Source of the DNA: an uncultured Gemmatimonadales bacterium
GTDB lineage: Bacteria > Gemmatimonadota > Gemmatimonadetes > Gemmatimonadales > GWC2-71-9
Direction: 5' to 3'
Length of the DNA: 64,000 nucleotides
NCBI GenBank assembly: GCA_963730185.1
Contig: CAVSQW010000006.1
Coordinates: 32,001-96,000, forward strand
Below are positions 38,749 through 49,988 of this stretch, piece after piece (position 1 is the first letter of the stretch; every line of letters starts with the position of its first letter). A program made the position numbers and the translations under genes. The notes under the pieces are model-generated. The model did not search any database and was not told the origin of the DNA. It saw nothing but the letters and a program-made list of their open reading frames with translations.

Positions 38749-40749
38749 CTACATCCCTAAGCTCCGTACCGTCTCGGCCAGCATCCGCACCTTGGCGCCG
38801 TCCATCGAGCGCCCGGCGTCGCCGTCGAGCTGACCGGCCAGGGCGCTGAGCGCGGACGACCGGGCGCCGCCCGAGGCCTTCTCGGCCTGGGAGAGGCTCT
38901 GCCGAATCGCGTTGATCCGGGCCCCGTCGAGCCCGTGCGACCGCTCCAGCTGGTCGGTGTAGGCCCGGGCCAGGGCGAACGTGGCGGGCCAGACGAACTT
39001 CGGCTGGTCCTGCACGTTCAGGTGATCGAGCTTGACGGTCTTGGCCGCGTCGATCTCGTTCTGGGTCAGGTACGGACTGGGCGTGAGCTCGAGGATGTCG
39101 AGCCCCCGGGCGATCTCGGAGCTGACGAGCACGCCGTTGTACCAGTAGACCGACCAGGATCCGCCCATCGAGAAGCGGTCGGGATCGACCGGGCCGCGGT
39201 CGAAGAAGGCGATCTCCTGCGGGTGCTTGATGTCGGTCCAGTCGAAGACCGTGATCCCGCCCTGGTAGAAGGCCTGGACCATCACGTCGCGGCCCGGGAT
39301 CGGGATCAGCGAGCCGTTGTGGGCCACGCAGTTCTCGAGCGGGCTCTGGGCGGCCGGGAGCTTGTAGTAGCTCTGGAACTCCATCCGGCCATTGTCGATG
39401 GTGAAGAGCGCGTCGGCCCCCCAGTCCTTCGGGTCGCTGGCCCGGCACTTGGGCTGGCCACCGCCGCCCCACTCGTCGCTGAACAGGATCTTGGTCCCGT
39501 CGTTGTTGAAGGTGGCCGAGTGCCAGTAGGAGAAGTTGGAGTCGGACACCGCGGCCATCCGGGTCGGCGCCGCCGGGTTCTCGATGTCCAGCAACAGGCC
39601 GTAGCCCTCGCACGCGCCGCCCGCCCGGCCGATGCCCGGATAAAGCGTGATGTCGTGGCACTGGGTGATCCCGGGGTGGTCGCCGCCCGAGTCCCGGCTC
39701 CCGACCATCTTGGCGATCATCGCCGGGATGCCCGCCCGAAGCGCCGCACTGTCGGCACCGGTCGGCGCGCCGCTCCCACCCCGAGCCTTCACGATGCTGT
39801 CGAGCATCGGCTGGGTGAAGCGGGAGGGCAGGACCATCTGGTTGCCCATGATGTCGGCGATGAAGGCGCCCTCGGCCTTGGCCTTGTCGATCGCGGCCTT
39901 GTCGTCCGGCGCGAGTCCGTGGCTGTGGGGCGGCGCCTTCAGCTGGTCGAAGATCGCGGGCGAGCTCACGATCGCGGCCTGCTCGGGGTGAGCGAGCGGG
40001 ACCTTGATGATCTCGATCCGGAACTGCGAGGTGTTGGGATCGTTCGGGTCGGCCATGCAGCCGGGGAGCTCCTCGGAGGAGCGGACCGGCGCGGAGCCGG
40101 AGACGTAGACGTAGACGTTGTCGGCGTCCTTGGGGTCGACCAGCAGGCTGTGGGTATGCGAGCCGCGGCAGGTCTGGACGTTGGCGACGTTCTTCGGATG
40201 GGCGATGTCGGTGATGTCGAAGATCCGGATGCCCCGGATCCGCTCGGAGCTCACCGCCTGGGCCACCCCTTCGGCACCGCAGTCGATCCGGCCGGAGTTT
40301 CCTTCGGCCGAGACGAAGAGGAGGTTCTGGTAGGTGGAGACGTCGCTCTGCGAGGCCGGGCAGTAGTTGCTGGTGGCCAGGACGGGGTGGGCCGGATCGG
40401 AGATGTCCCAGACCTGATACCCGTCGTAGTTGCCCTGGATGGCGTACTTGCCGGTGAAGGCCAGGTCCGAATTGGTGCTGCCCAGGAACTTGCCCGAGGG
40501 CCGGGTAGCCGACATCAGCTTCATGTTCCAGAGGGCTTGGGCGGCGTCCCAGTGACCGCCTTTCAGTCCCACCCGGGGGTCGGGGCTGGGCGGACGGACG
40601 TTGAGCCCGCTCATGGCCGGCATCGGGGATTGGCCGGCGCCGCCGGACGAGGCGTGGGAACAGGCCGCTGCCGCCACCAGGGCGAGACCTAACCCCAAGC
40701 GGCTGGGGCGGATATGCCGGCGTGGGGCAAAGGAAGACGACGGGCTCAT
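38749..40749 (-). CDS. LVIVD-repeat-type lipoprotein
   Basis: ATG 40749 after GAGGA; lipobox AAAC; PDPRVGL, NSDLAF, VQTCRGSHTH, CHDIT, YWHSATF, NCVAHNGSL, EIARGLD. Confidence 0.8.
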   Translation of the reverse strand: MSPSSSFAPRRHIRPSRLGLGLALVAAAACSHASSGGAGQSPMPAMSGLNVRPPSPDPRVGLKGGHWDAAQALWNMKLMSATRPSGKFLGSTNSDLAFTGKYAIQGNYDGYQVWDISDPAHPVLATSNYCPASQSDVSTYQNLLFVSAEGNSGRIDCGAEGVAQAVSSERIRGIRIFDITDIAHPKNVANVQTCRGSHTHSLLVDPKDADNVYVYVSGSAPVRSSEELPGCMADPNDPNTSQFRIEIIKVPLAHPEQAAIVSSPAIFDQLKAPPHSHGLAPDDKAAIDKAKAEGAFIADIMGNQMVLPSRFTQPMLDSIVKARGGSGAPTGADSAALRAGIPAMIAKMVGSRDSGGDHPGITQCHDITLYPGIGRAGGACEGYGLLLDIENPAAPTRMAAVSDSNFSYWHSATFNNDGTKILFSDEWGGGGQPKCRASDPKDWGADALFTIDNGRMEFQSYYKLPAAQSPLENCVAHNGSLIPIPGRDVMVQAFYQGGITVFDWTDIKHPQEIAFFDRGPVDPDRFSMGGSWSVYWYNGVLVSSEIARGLDILELTPSPYLTQNEIDAAKTVKLDHLNVQDQPKFVWPATFALARAYTDQLERSHGLDGARINAIRQSLSQAEKASGGARSSALSALAGQLDGDAGRSMDGAKVRMLAETVRSLGM

Positions 40750-40954
40750 GCTTCGATCCTCTGGGATGGGGGCTGGTGTCGGTTGGCCGGCGGGACGCTG
40801 CCCTGGGGCCACGACCTTTACGGCGCCGCCTGCCAAAGGTTTCTCGGGGGGAGCGGGCCGGGGTCGACGCTCAAAAGTATACCGCCCCAGGGAGGCGGGC
40901 ACCACGCCGGTTTCCCGGCGAACGGGCAGGATCGGGCCGACACCGAGCTCGAGC

Positions 40955-41900
40955 GGAGGCCAGTCGTGCAGATGGGCCAGGTACGCCTGCTCGGCCTCCC
41001 GTGTGTGGCCGGTACGCCGGAGCCGGAGGGCCGCGAGGAGGCTTCGGTCGCGGGGTGAAAGGCGGGCGGCGTATTGGAAAGCCTGGTCGGCGGAGGAGCG
41101 GACGTCGTAGGCGTCGTTCCACTCGGCGACCAGGCTGATCCGGTGGTAGGCCAGCGCGAAGGCGCTGTCGAGCGCAATGACGGCCTGGTACGCCGCCTGG
41201 GCCCCGCGATACTCGCCGGCCCGAAAGAGCCGCTCGCCCTGGAGGTACTGCTTGAGCGCCGGGAGCGAGCCGATGGTGGCCACCGCCAGCCGTTGGAGCC
41301 GGGTGCCTGAGTCGCCGATGGCGTCGACCAGCACGCCGGCGGCAAGCGAGTCGACCACCTCGAAGAGCTGGTCGGGGTGGCCGCCCGACGTGGCGCGCTC
41401 GGGACTGTCGCCGGACTCCGCCGTCCGGTGCAGGTACGCGGTGACCTGAATCCGCCCACCCACCTCGAGCACGTCACCGGTCAGGAGCGGCCGGCGCCCA
41501 GCTCGCGCGCCACCCGGAGCGTCTCGGTCGGATCGCCCAGGTCGGAATGCCGGCGGTTGACCGCGGCGATCACCGCCCGCGGGTTCACGACGGTCAAGGG
41601 TCCGACGCCATCCAGCTTGGTGCTCATCAGGTCGACCATGTCCTCGCCCAGGTAGGCGCGGCTCGGGGCGCCGCGAACCTGGAACGGCATCACCGCGATG
41701 AGGTCCCGGGCCAGCTCGGGCCCACCGCGCCCACGAACCCGGGTGACGCCAACGTAGCCGGCCGCGATCACGAGCAGACCGACCAGCGCGCCGACGAGGG
41801 CCCGGCGCCGGCTGGAGGGCGCCGGCCGCTCGACCCGTCCGCGAGCTCCCGACACGGCCGCCGGGGACAAGGAGTCACGGGGCCACCTGAGCTGCAGGAG
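40955..41900 (-). pseudogene. Remnant of a TM/TolB-N-like/TPR protein (C-terminal part of a kinase-type protein)
   Basis: TM helix, IAVMPFQVRG, DLMSTKLDG, frame change ~41475, SLPALKQYLQGE, LDSAFALAYHR; no N-terminal domain, truncated 3' end. Confidence 0.65.
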
Positions 41901-42047
41901 GAACGCACCGGCAAGATGGTCCCGCGATGCTGGCCAGGCTAGGGACGACGCAACCCCGGGCTCGATCGTGCTATCCTTCGCTTCCCAACCAGGTCCCGAT
42001 CCCCGCCCCCTGCGCGGCACGGCGACCCGGCCTGTTCAGGTACGCTC

Positions 42048-43696
42048 ATGTCCGACCCCGCCGTCCTCGGCCTCCATCACGTCACCGCCATCTGCGGCGA
42101 CCCCCAGCGCAACCTCGACTTCTACGCCGGCGTGCTCGGGCTCCGCTTCGTCAAGCGCACCGTCAACTTCGACGACCCCGAGACCTACCACTTCTACTAC
42201 GGAGACGAGATCGGCCGGCCGGGAAGCGTGATGACGTTCTTCCCCTGGCCCGGGGCCCGGCCGGGCGGGCCGGCACCGGGCGGGTCGCGGTGACCTCCTT
42301 CGCGATCCCGCAGGAGGCGCTCGGATTCTGGCTGGAACGGCTGATCCACCACGGGGTCCGCTACGAGGGGCCCCGCCAGCGTGAGGCGCCGGGCGGGCTG
42401 GCCGAGCCGGTAGTCGCGTTTCGCGACCCGGACGGGCTGATGCTCGAGCTGGTGGCGGCACCCGGGGTCGAGAACCGGCCGGGTTGGGAGGGCGCGCCCG
42501 GCGTCCCCGCCGAGCACACGCTCCGGGGGTTCCACTCGGTGACCCTCTGGGAAAAGGTGGGCGACGACACCGAGCGGATCCTGGTAGACATCCTCGGCTT
42601 TCGTCCCATGGGTGCGATCGACGGGACCCACCGATTCGCCGCGGGCGACGGCGGACCGGGGAACCTCGTGGAGGTCCGGCGGGTGGGCGGGTTTCCGGAT
42701 GGGTTCGACGGGGTGGGCGGCATCCACCACGTCGCCTTCCGGGTGGCCGACGACCTGGCCCAGCTCGACGTCCGCCGCCGGGTCATCGAAGCCGAGCTGC
42801 GGCCGACCCCGGTGATCGACCGGCAGTACTTCCACTCCGTGTACTTCCGCGAGCCCGGCGGCGTGTTGTTCGAGCTGGCCACCGACCGCCCCGGCTTTCT
42901 GATCGACGAGTCGAAGGAGCACCTGGGCGAGGGCTTGAAGCTGCCGCCGCAGTTCGAGTCGCGGCGCGAGCATCTGGCGCAGGTCCTCCCCCCCATTCAT
43001 CTCCCCGGTTCGGCCAGCGATCACGAGGCGTTTACGACCCTGCCCGACCCGGCGGTCGACGCGACCCGCCTCTTCATCCACCGCTACCTCCCGCCCGAGG
43101 CCGGGGCCGAGCCGGCCGGGCTCACCCTCCTCCTGCTCCATGGGACCGGCGCCGACGAGAACGATCTCGTGCCGCTCGGCCGGGCGCTGCTGCCGGGCGC
43201 GGGACTCTTGAGCCCGCGGGGCAAGGTCCTGGAGCACGGGATGTCGCGCTTCTTTCGCCGCCGGGCCGAGGGCGTGTTCGACCTGGACGACCTGGGGGCG
43301 CAGACCGACGAACTGGCCCGGTTCGTCGCGGCGGCCCCGGCGGCCTACCACGCGACGGCGCCGGTGGTGGCGGTGGGATTCTCGAACGGGGCCAACATCG
43401 CGGTGAGCCTCCTGCTCCGGCACTCTGGGCTCCTGAAGGGCGCGGTGCTCCTGAGCCCGATGCTCCCCTACGAGCCGGATCAGGTCGGCGACCTGACCGG
43501 CACCGAGATCTTCATCGGCGCGGGACAGCAGGACCCGACCGCGCCGGCCGAGCAGGTGGAACGGCTGGCGCGGGTGCTTCAAGCGGCCGGCGCGATGGTG
43601 ACGATCGAGTGGTACCAGGGCGGGCACGGCATCACGGAATCGGAGGTCGCGGCGGCGCGGGACTGGCTGAGGGGGGTGGCGCGGCGGCTCGGGTGA
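42048..43696 (+). CDS. Ring-cleaving VOC dioxygenase (MhqO-like) fused to carboxylesterase (MhqD-like); frameshift ~42265
   Basis: GLHHVTAI, KRTVNFDDP, IHHVAFR, DRQYFHSVYFREPGGVLFELAT; then LLHGTGADE, SPRGKV, GFSNGAN, GGH. Confidence 0.88.
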
Positions 43697-43787
43697 GCCT
43701 GGGCCGGCTTGAGACGCCCGGCGCCGGGGCGGTGTAACGCTCGGCCGCCGCCGAGGACTGTTCTCTCGTCACCGAACGAGAGAGCCT

Positions 43788-45096
43788 GTGTCCCGACCTT
43801 TCGCTGTCACGTTGATGGTCCTCCTCGCCGCCCTCCCGGGCCCGGCCGGCGCCCAGTCGACCGACCCCCGCGTCGCCTGGCTGGCAACCAACGCGACCCC
43901 GATCCACAGCCTCGCCTTCGACGCCGACGACGCCGATCTCGCCTCGATCGGGCGGGCCATCGGCTCGAGCCGGCTCGTGTTCCTGGGGGAGGAAAGCCAC
44001 GGCGACGGCGCCACCTTCCAGGCCAAGGCCCGCCTCATCCGCTACCTGCACCGGCGGCTCGGATTCGACCTTCTGGTGTTCGAGAGCGGGTTCTACGACT
44101 GCCGCCGGACCTGGGTCGACGCCCGGGCCGGCATGGCCCTCGCCGATTCGGCCGACGGCTGCATGTTCCCGCTCTGGGCGAACAGCGAACAGGTCCAGCC
44201 GCTGCTCCAGTATCTGGACCAGCAGAAAGGGGGCCCCCAGCCACTCGAGCTCGCCGGAATGGATTTCCAACTCTCAGGGCGAAAGGCCCGGGAGCTGGCG
44301 GGCGACCTGACCCGGTTCGTCTCCACCCAACCCAACGCCGCCGCGCTCGGTCCGGACCTGAAGCCGGTCACGGACCTGCTCCACGCGCTGTTCACCAACC
44401 CTCGGGCGCTCCGAAGCACGCCCGACAGCGTTCGGGCGGCCTTCCGGGCCAGCGTCGCACGGCTGGCCGCCGGGGCCGCCGCCCCGGCGCCGGCCATGGG
44501 ATCGCTCGGGGAGCCCGCCTTCTGGCACCGGACGCTGACCGGGTTCCAGGCCTGGACCGACTTCGCCTGGGCGATGGATCCACGGGCACCCGACCCGGCC
44601 GTGTTCAACCGGCGCGATTCGGTGATGGCCGCCAATCTCGTCTGGCTGGTCCGCCGGCATCCCGACCGGAAGGTGGTGATCTGGGGCGCGTCGTCGCACT
44701 TCATCCGGAACCGGACCGGCATCGAGGGCGATCCCGCCCCTAACATGGTGCCGGCCGGCCACCTGGTCTCCCTGGCGCTCGGCTCCGAGGTGTACATCCT
44801 CGGCTTCCTGGCCGCCGAGGGCGAGATCGGATTCGCGAACCCGGGAACCAAAACGCCGCATCAGCCGGTGCCTCCGGCCGACTCCACCATGCTCGACGGC
44901 CTCTGGGCCCGCACCGACCAGAAGGTGGGCTTTCTCGACCTCCGCGCCCGCCGGCCGGGCGACGAGTGGCTCCATCGGCCGCTCACCGCCCGCCCACTCG
45001 GCTACGGACCGATGACGGCGGTCTGGCCCGATCACCTGGACGGGTTCCTCTGGATTCGGCGAATGACGCCGAGCACCCCGCGAAACGGGCGGCTAG
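43788..45096 (+). CDS. Erythromycin esterase family protein, secreted (true stop probably TAG 45094-45096, off-frame by an indel)
   Basis: LGEESHGDG, FESGFYD, GMDFQ, RDSVMAANL, KVVIWGASSH, DGFLWI..MTPS. Confidence 0.85.
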
Positions 45097-45662
45097 CGGG
45101 AGGGATCGAGGGTCCGGCGGAGGAGCCGCTTCCCTTCGCGGGCCTCCGCCCGGGTAACCAACTCGAGCGGGCGAAGGACCAGAAGCATCGCGAAGGCCAG
45201 GGTGAACCAGGCGCTCCACTGGAGCCGGGCACCCGAGAGCAGCGTCGCGAGCGGCGGCCAGAGAAAGGTGAGCAAGACCTCGACCGTCACCACCTGGCGG
45301 AGCAGCGCGAGCCGGCCACCCCGGTCGGCCAGGGTCCGCCTGAGACGCCCGAGGCGCGAGACCGGACCGTCGACGGGTGCCGGGCCGAGAGCGCGGGGCT
45401 GGAAGGCCGCCTCGGCGACGAGCGCGCGGGCCGGGAGCCAGCAGGCCGCCAGCGCGGCCAGGTGAAAGCCGACTACGCCGAGCACGAGCGGCTGGTAGTG
45501 GAGGCCGTAGACCGTGAGGCCGAAGAGGAGCCAGAGACCGGGAACGGTCACCAGCGCCAGCACCACCCGGCGGAGCAGCTCGCGGCGGCTCGCCAGCCGA
45601 GGGGCCTCGAGGGCCAGCTCCCGCCAGGGACGGGGCTCGTGGGTTCGGGCGGGCGCGGTCAT
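45093..45662 (-). CDS. Membrane protein, putative anti-sigma factor
   Basis: GGAGG RBS and TGATG junction; about four hydrophobic helices; directly downstream of ECF sigma. Confidence 0.6.
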   Translation of the reverse strand: MTAPARTHEPRPWRELALEAPRLASRRELLRRVVLALVTVPGLWLLFGLTVYGLHYQPLVLGVVGFHLAALAACWLPARALVAEAAFQPRALGPAPVDGPVSRLGRLRRTLADRGGRLALLRQVVTVEVLLTFLWPPLATLLSGARLQWSAWFTLAFAMLLVLRPLELVTRAEAREGKRLLRRTLDPSR

Positions 45663-46172
45663 CAGGCGACCTCCCCGACCGAGGCCGAGCCAACGGCGGA
45701 CCGTCCGACGGGCCCGGTGGAGGGCCACCCGCACCGCGCCGGCGGACGACCCGGTTTGCCTGGCGATCTCCGCCGGGGTGTGACCGGTCGACGCCAAGGC
45801 CAGCGCCACCCGCTGCGCCGGCGGAAGGCGATCGAGCGCCTGTTCCAAACGGCTCCGGAGCCAGGCGACGTCGTGCTCGCCCGAGCTCGGCATCGGAGCC
45901 GGTTCGTCACCGACGAGCTCCACCTGCAGCGCTCGGCGCCGGGCCAGCCGGAGACAGAACGTGATGGCCCGGTTCTGGGCGATACGGGCGACGTAGGTGC
46001 GCTCGCTGGACTCGCCCCGGAAGGCGGGAAGCGCGCGCCAGAGGGCGACGGCGATCTCCTGCCGGAGGTCCTCCCGATCGGCGGGGTCGTCGACGTACTG
46101 CCGGACTATGGCGTCGAGGTCTCCGGCGTGCCGGGCCAGGAGCCGCTCGAAGCCGTCTCGGGATGATGACAT
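45662..46172 (-). CDS. ECF RNA polymerase sigma factor
   Basis: DREDLRQEI..LWRALPAFRGESSERTYVARIAQN; LDRLPPAQR; EIARQTG..VRVALHRAR; GGAAAC-N17-CGTA promoter on minus strand at 46208-46182. Confidence 0.9.
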
Positions 46173-46246
46173 ACGATCCGGTACGCGCGGGACCCGGCCG
46201 AGGTTTCCACTTGCCACCGGTCGGGCCGACCCCTACTCTCTCCAGC

Positions 46247-47112
46247 ATGAGCGAAGGCGACTGGCCCCCCGAACGCCGCTCGGCCTCGTCCGAAGGCCAG
46301 GTTCCCGACGTGAGCCGCCGGCTCCGCCGGCTGCTGGCGCAGATGCCGACCCCGTTCCCCTGCCGGTACGCCTGTTTCATCCATCCCCGGCGCCGCCAGG
46401 GCGAGCAGGGCTTCGGGGTCATAACCCTGGCCGGCGAGAGCCTGCCCCTCACCGTCACCATGCTGGACGGCCTCCGTCAGGTTCCGACTCTGTTCGAGGG
46501 CCGGGCGCCGGTGGTCGTCGGCCCCGCGCAGACCCGGGACGCAGTGATCCCCTCCGAAGACGGGGAATGGTCGGTGCCGCTCCCGGTGAACCGGTTCGCG
46601 ATGCGTCTCCTTCCCGACGACGATCCCGACGACCCGGACGGGCCCTCCCCCGCGGGCCGCGAAGAGGAGCAGATCGTCACCCCCACGCCCGGAGGCCCCC
46701 AGCTCACTCTGCTCTGCGCCAACCGGCCGGCCGGCTGGCCGGCCTGATTCCTGATCTCCTCGCGGGCCCGGCCCGGCGGCCGGCTGGCTACCTTCCCGGC
46801 ATGTTTCCCGATCTACCCTACGAGGCGGCGTTCCTCGGGGCGGTCTCGCGGAAGATGGTGCGCGACCGGCCGGCAACCCGCGGTACGGCGGCCGAGCCCC
46901 AGGGCTGGATGGTATCCTCGCCCCCGGATGCTTTCACCGGGGTCGTGCTGAACGAGCCCGCCTGGGACATCGTGCAGCGCGAGTTCGGGCCCCTCCCGAT
47001 CGCGAGCCGGATTCCCTACCGAACCCTCCCGGCCGGGGCGGTGCTGGTCCTGACCGCCGACACCGCCTCGCCGCTTGGCGCCGACGCGGCGGCCGGGCTC
47101 CTGGCCGGCTAG
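46247..47112 (+). CDS. Hypothetical protein, probable frameshift ~46730
   Basis: TTGCCA-N17-TACTCT ends 7 nt before ATG 46247; protein-like sequence continues in a second frame to TAG 47112. Confidence 0.55.
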
Positions 47113-47206
47113 CTCGGGCAGACCGGGCGGACCGCCGGACCGAAACCCCGCCCGGCGGGCGGTCGTACAGGAAGCGCCGCCCTCCGCACCCATCGAACGG
47201 ACGTCG

Positions 47207-48466
47207 ATGATCAACCGGGTCGCGCTCACGGCCAACGTCAAGATCGGGGTCGACGCGCTTCGCATTCATCCCCTGCGAACCGTGCTCTCCGTGGTGGGCA
47301 TCATCATCGGCTCGGCCTCGCTGGTCGCGACCATGGCGGTGAGCGACGGGATGATGGCCTTCGCCCGCGGGCAGATCCTCCAGCAGACCGGGGTGCAGGT
47401 GGTGGCCATCTCGTCGCGGACCAGCGAGTACCGGCAGGGCCGCTGGGTTCCGATCACCGACTATCCGGTCTTCACCATGGCCGACGCCGACAACGCCCGG
47501 CGGAGCATCCCGGGCAGCGACGCGGTGGCGATGACGGTGAGCGGCCGGGCCACGGCCCGCTACCACGGCGCCAAGCTCGACGCCGCCGTGACCCTCGGCA
47601 CGGCCGACCTGCCGGCGTTCGTGGTGATGGAGATGGGCGCCGGCCGGTTCTTCAGCCGGATCGAAGCGTCGCGCAACGCCCCCGTGGTCGTCCTGAACTA
47701 CGCCCTGGCCCGGGAGCTCTCACCCTCGCACGATCCGCTCGGCATGCTGGGCGAATCGATCACCCTCGGGCGGCGGATCTTCCGGATCGTCGGGGTGCTC
47801 GCACGCGACAAGTACGAGGAGCGGGACGATCCCTCCTTCGTGGCCTACGCCCCGATCCGATCGGCCTACGGCGTCATCGGCGCCTCGACCGGAGGCCGAC
47901 TGACCCCCACCATCCAGCTTCGCGCCCCGACGGTCGAGGCGGTCATGGCCCTGCGCGACGCCACGATCGACTGGCTGGCCCGCCGCTATCTCCGCTGGCA
48001 GGACCGGGTCAGGGTGACCGTGGGCCTGGAACGGCTGGCCCAGATGGAGCAGGGCATTCTCCTGGCCAAGCTCTTCATCGGCTCGCTGGTGGGGATCTCG
48101 CTGCTGGTGGGCGGGATCGGGATCATGAACGTGCTGCTCTCGTCGGTCACCGAGCGGACCCGCGAGATCGGGATCCGGAAGGCCGTCGGCGCCAAGCGGG
48201 CCGACATCCGGGCTCAGTTCCTGGCGGAGTCGGTGGCGATCGCCATGGCCGGGACGGGGATCGGACTGGCGTTCGGCCTGCTCCTGGCCATCGGCTTGAC
48301 CGCGATCTTCCGACGGATGGTCGGCGTCGACGTGCACGCGGTCCTCTCGGCCTCGACGATCGCGCTGGCGGTGATCTCGTCCTCGCTGGTCGGGCTCGTG
48401 TTCGGAACCTATCCCGCGCGGCGGGCGGCCAATCTCCCGCCGATCGAGGCCATCGCCCACGAGTGA
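47207..48466 (+). CDS. MacB/FtsX family ABC transporter permease
   Basis: [54 protein letters not shown]. Confidence 0.93.
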   Translation: MINRVALTANVKIGVDALRIHPLRTVLSVVGIIIGSASLVATMAVSDGMMAFARGQILQQTGVQVVAISSRTSEYRQGRWVPITDYPVFTMADADNARRSIPGSDAVAMTVSGRATARYHGAKLDAAVTLGTADLPAFVVMEMGAGRFFSRIEASRNAPVVVLNYALARELSPSHDPLGMLGESITLGRRIFRIVGVLARDKYEERDDPSFVAYAPIRSAYGVIGASTGGRLTPTIQLRAPTVEAVMALRDATIDWLARRYLRWQDRVRVTVGLERLAQMEQGILLAKLFIGSLVGISLLVGGIGIMNVLLSSVTERTREIGIRKAVGAKRADIRAQFLAESVAIAMAGTGIGLAFGLLLAIGLTAIFRRMVGVDVHAVLSASTIALAVISSSLVGLVFGTYPARRAANLPPIEAIAHE

Positions 48467-48490
48467 CCGGCCCGACCCGGCCGCCGACCC

Positions 48491-48787
48491 TCATCCCCCC
48501 GACGTCGCCCCCACGACCAGGAAGGGCTCCTCCCCGCGCGCCACGGGGTCCGGCAGCGGCGCATCGGGGTCGTCGTGGGAGCGATCCTCCTCGCAGGCGA
48601 AGAAGCGGAGATAGGCCCGGCGGCGGCCGGTGGCGTGGTCGCGCACCGTGCCCTTCAGCACCGGGTAGCGGGCTTCGAGCGCGTCGAGCAGGGCGCGTTG
48701 GGTCACCGGCGGCGACACCTCCAGCGTCACTTCGCCGCGGATCCCGGCGAAGGCCCGGAGCGGGGCCGGAAGCTCGATCCGGATCAC
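48491..48787 (-). CDS. MoaD/ThiS family ubiquitin-like protein
   Basis: [21 protein letters not shown]-terminal GATSGG; GTGA overlap with upstream gene. Confidence 0.88.
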   Translation of the reverse strand: MIRIELPAPLRAFAGIRGEVTLEVSPPVTQRALLDALEARYPVLKGTVRDHATGRRRAYLRFFACEEDRSHDDPDAPLPDPVARGEEPFLVVGATSGG

Positions 48788-49905
48788 GGCAGGGTCTGCA
48801 CCTCGACCGACAGCACCGGCGGCAGGTCGCGGACGATGGCCTTCCACGAGTCGCCGCCGTCGGCGGAGACGTAGACCTGCCCGCCGCGTGGTGCCGAAGT
48901 ACACGCCGCACTCGTCGAGGGTGTCGACCGCCATCGCGTCCCGAAGCACGTTGACGTAGCAGTTCTGCTGGGGAAGGCCCTTGGTCAGCGGCTCCCACTC
49001 GTCGCCGCCGTTCCGGCTCCGATAGACCCGAGCTTGCCGTTCGGGGAGGAAGTGCTCGGCGTCGCTCTTGATCGGCACCACGTAGACCGTTTCGGGTTCG
49101 TGGGCGTGCACGTCGATCGCGAAGCCGAAGTCGGTCGGCAGGTTGCCGCTGATCTCGCGCCAGTTCTCGCCGGCGTCGTCGGTCCGCATCACGTCCCAGT
49201 GCTTCTGCATGAAGAGCAGGCCGGGCCGCGACGGATGCATCGCGATGCCGGTGCACGCAGTGGCCGACCTCGGCGTCGGGGTTCGGGATGTACTCGGAGC
49301 GGCAGCCCGTTGTTGATCGGCTTCCAGGACTCGGCCGCCGTCGTCGGTCCGGAACGCGCCGGCGGCCGAGATCGCGACGAAGATCCGGTCGGCGTTGGCG
49401 GGATCCAGCAGGATGGTGTGGAGGCACATGCCGCCGGCGCCGGGCGGCCAGTGCGGGCCCGGTCCCGTGCTCGCGGAGCCCGGGCAGCTCGTGCCAGCTC
49501 TTCCCGCCGTCGGTGGTCCGGAAGAGAGCCGCGTCCTCGACGCCGGCGTAGACCGTGTCGGGATCGTGGCGGGACGGCTCCAGGTGCCAGACCCGCTTGA
49601 ACTCCCAAGGGTGGGGCGTGCCGTCGTACCACTGGTGGGTGCCGGGCGTCGCCTCGTAGGCGAACTCGTTGCCCACCGGCTCCCAGCTTCCGGCCGCCGT
49701 CGTCGGAGCGCTGCATGATCTGGCCGAACCAGCCGCTGGACTGCGAGGCGTAGATGCGGTCGGGATCGGCGGGCGATCCCTTGAGGTGGTAGATCTCCCA
49801 GCCCGCCGAAGTGCGGTCCCTTGACCTTCCACCGGTCCCGCGTTCGTCGGAGGTCAGGATGAAGGCGCCCTTGCGAGTGCCGACCAACACGCGAACTCCA
49901 GTCAT
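48784..49905 (-). CDS. BNR/Asp-box beta-propeller protein (sialidase-like annotation class), several frameshifts
   Basis: [69 protein letters not shown] across frames. Confidence 0.85.
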
Positions 49906-49988
49906 GATTCCTCCGGCCCAGGCTCCGATGGCTGTCAATAATCCAATGACTGCCCAAAACGGTAGCGCGTCGAGGGCGCGCTGTCGAC

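Noticed and set aside
38749..41472. 907-aa TPR-LVIVD fusion
   Set aside because: An internal RBS, ATG and lipoprotein signal at 40749 and a non-coding-like linker show chance read-through from a gene remnant.
43788..46166. 792-aa erythromycin esterase
   Set aside because: The extension is antisense to the sigma operon; homology ends near 45080.
45093..46217. ECF sigma-membrane protein fusion (374-aa ORF)
   Set aside because: GGAGG plus a TGATG overlap at 45660-45664 indicates two coupled genes; a single indel explains the fusion.
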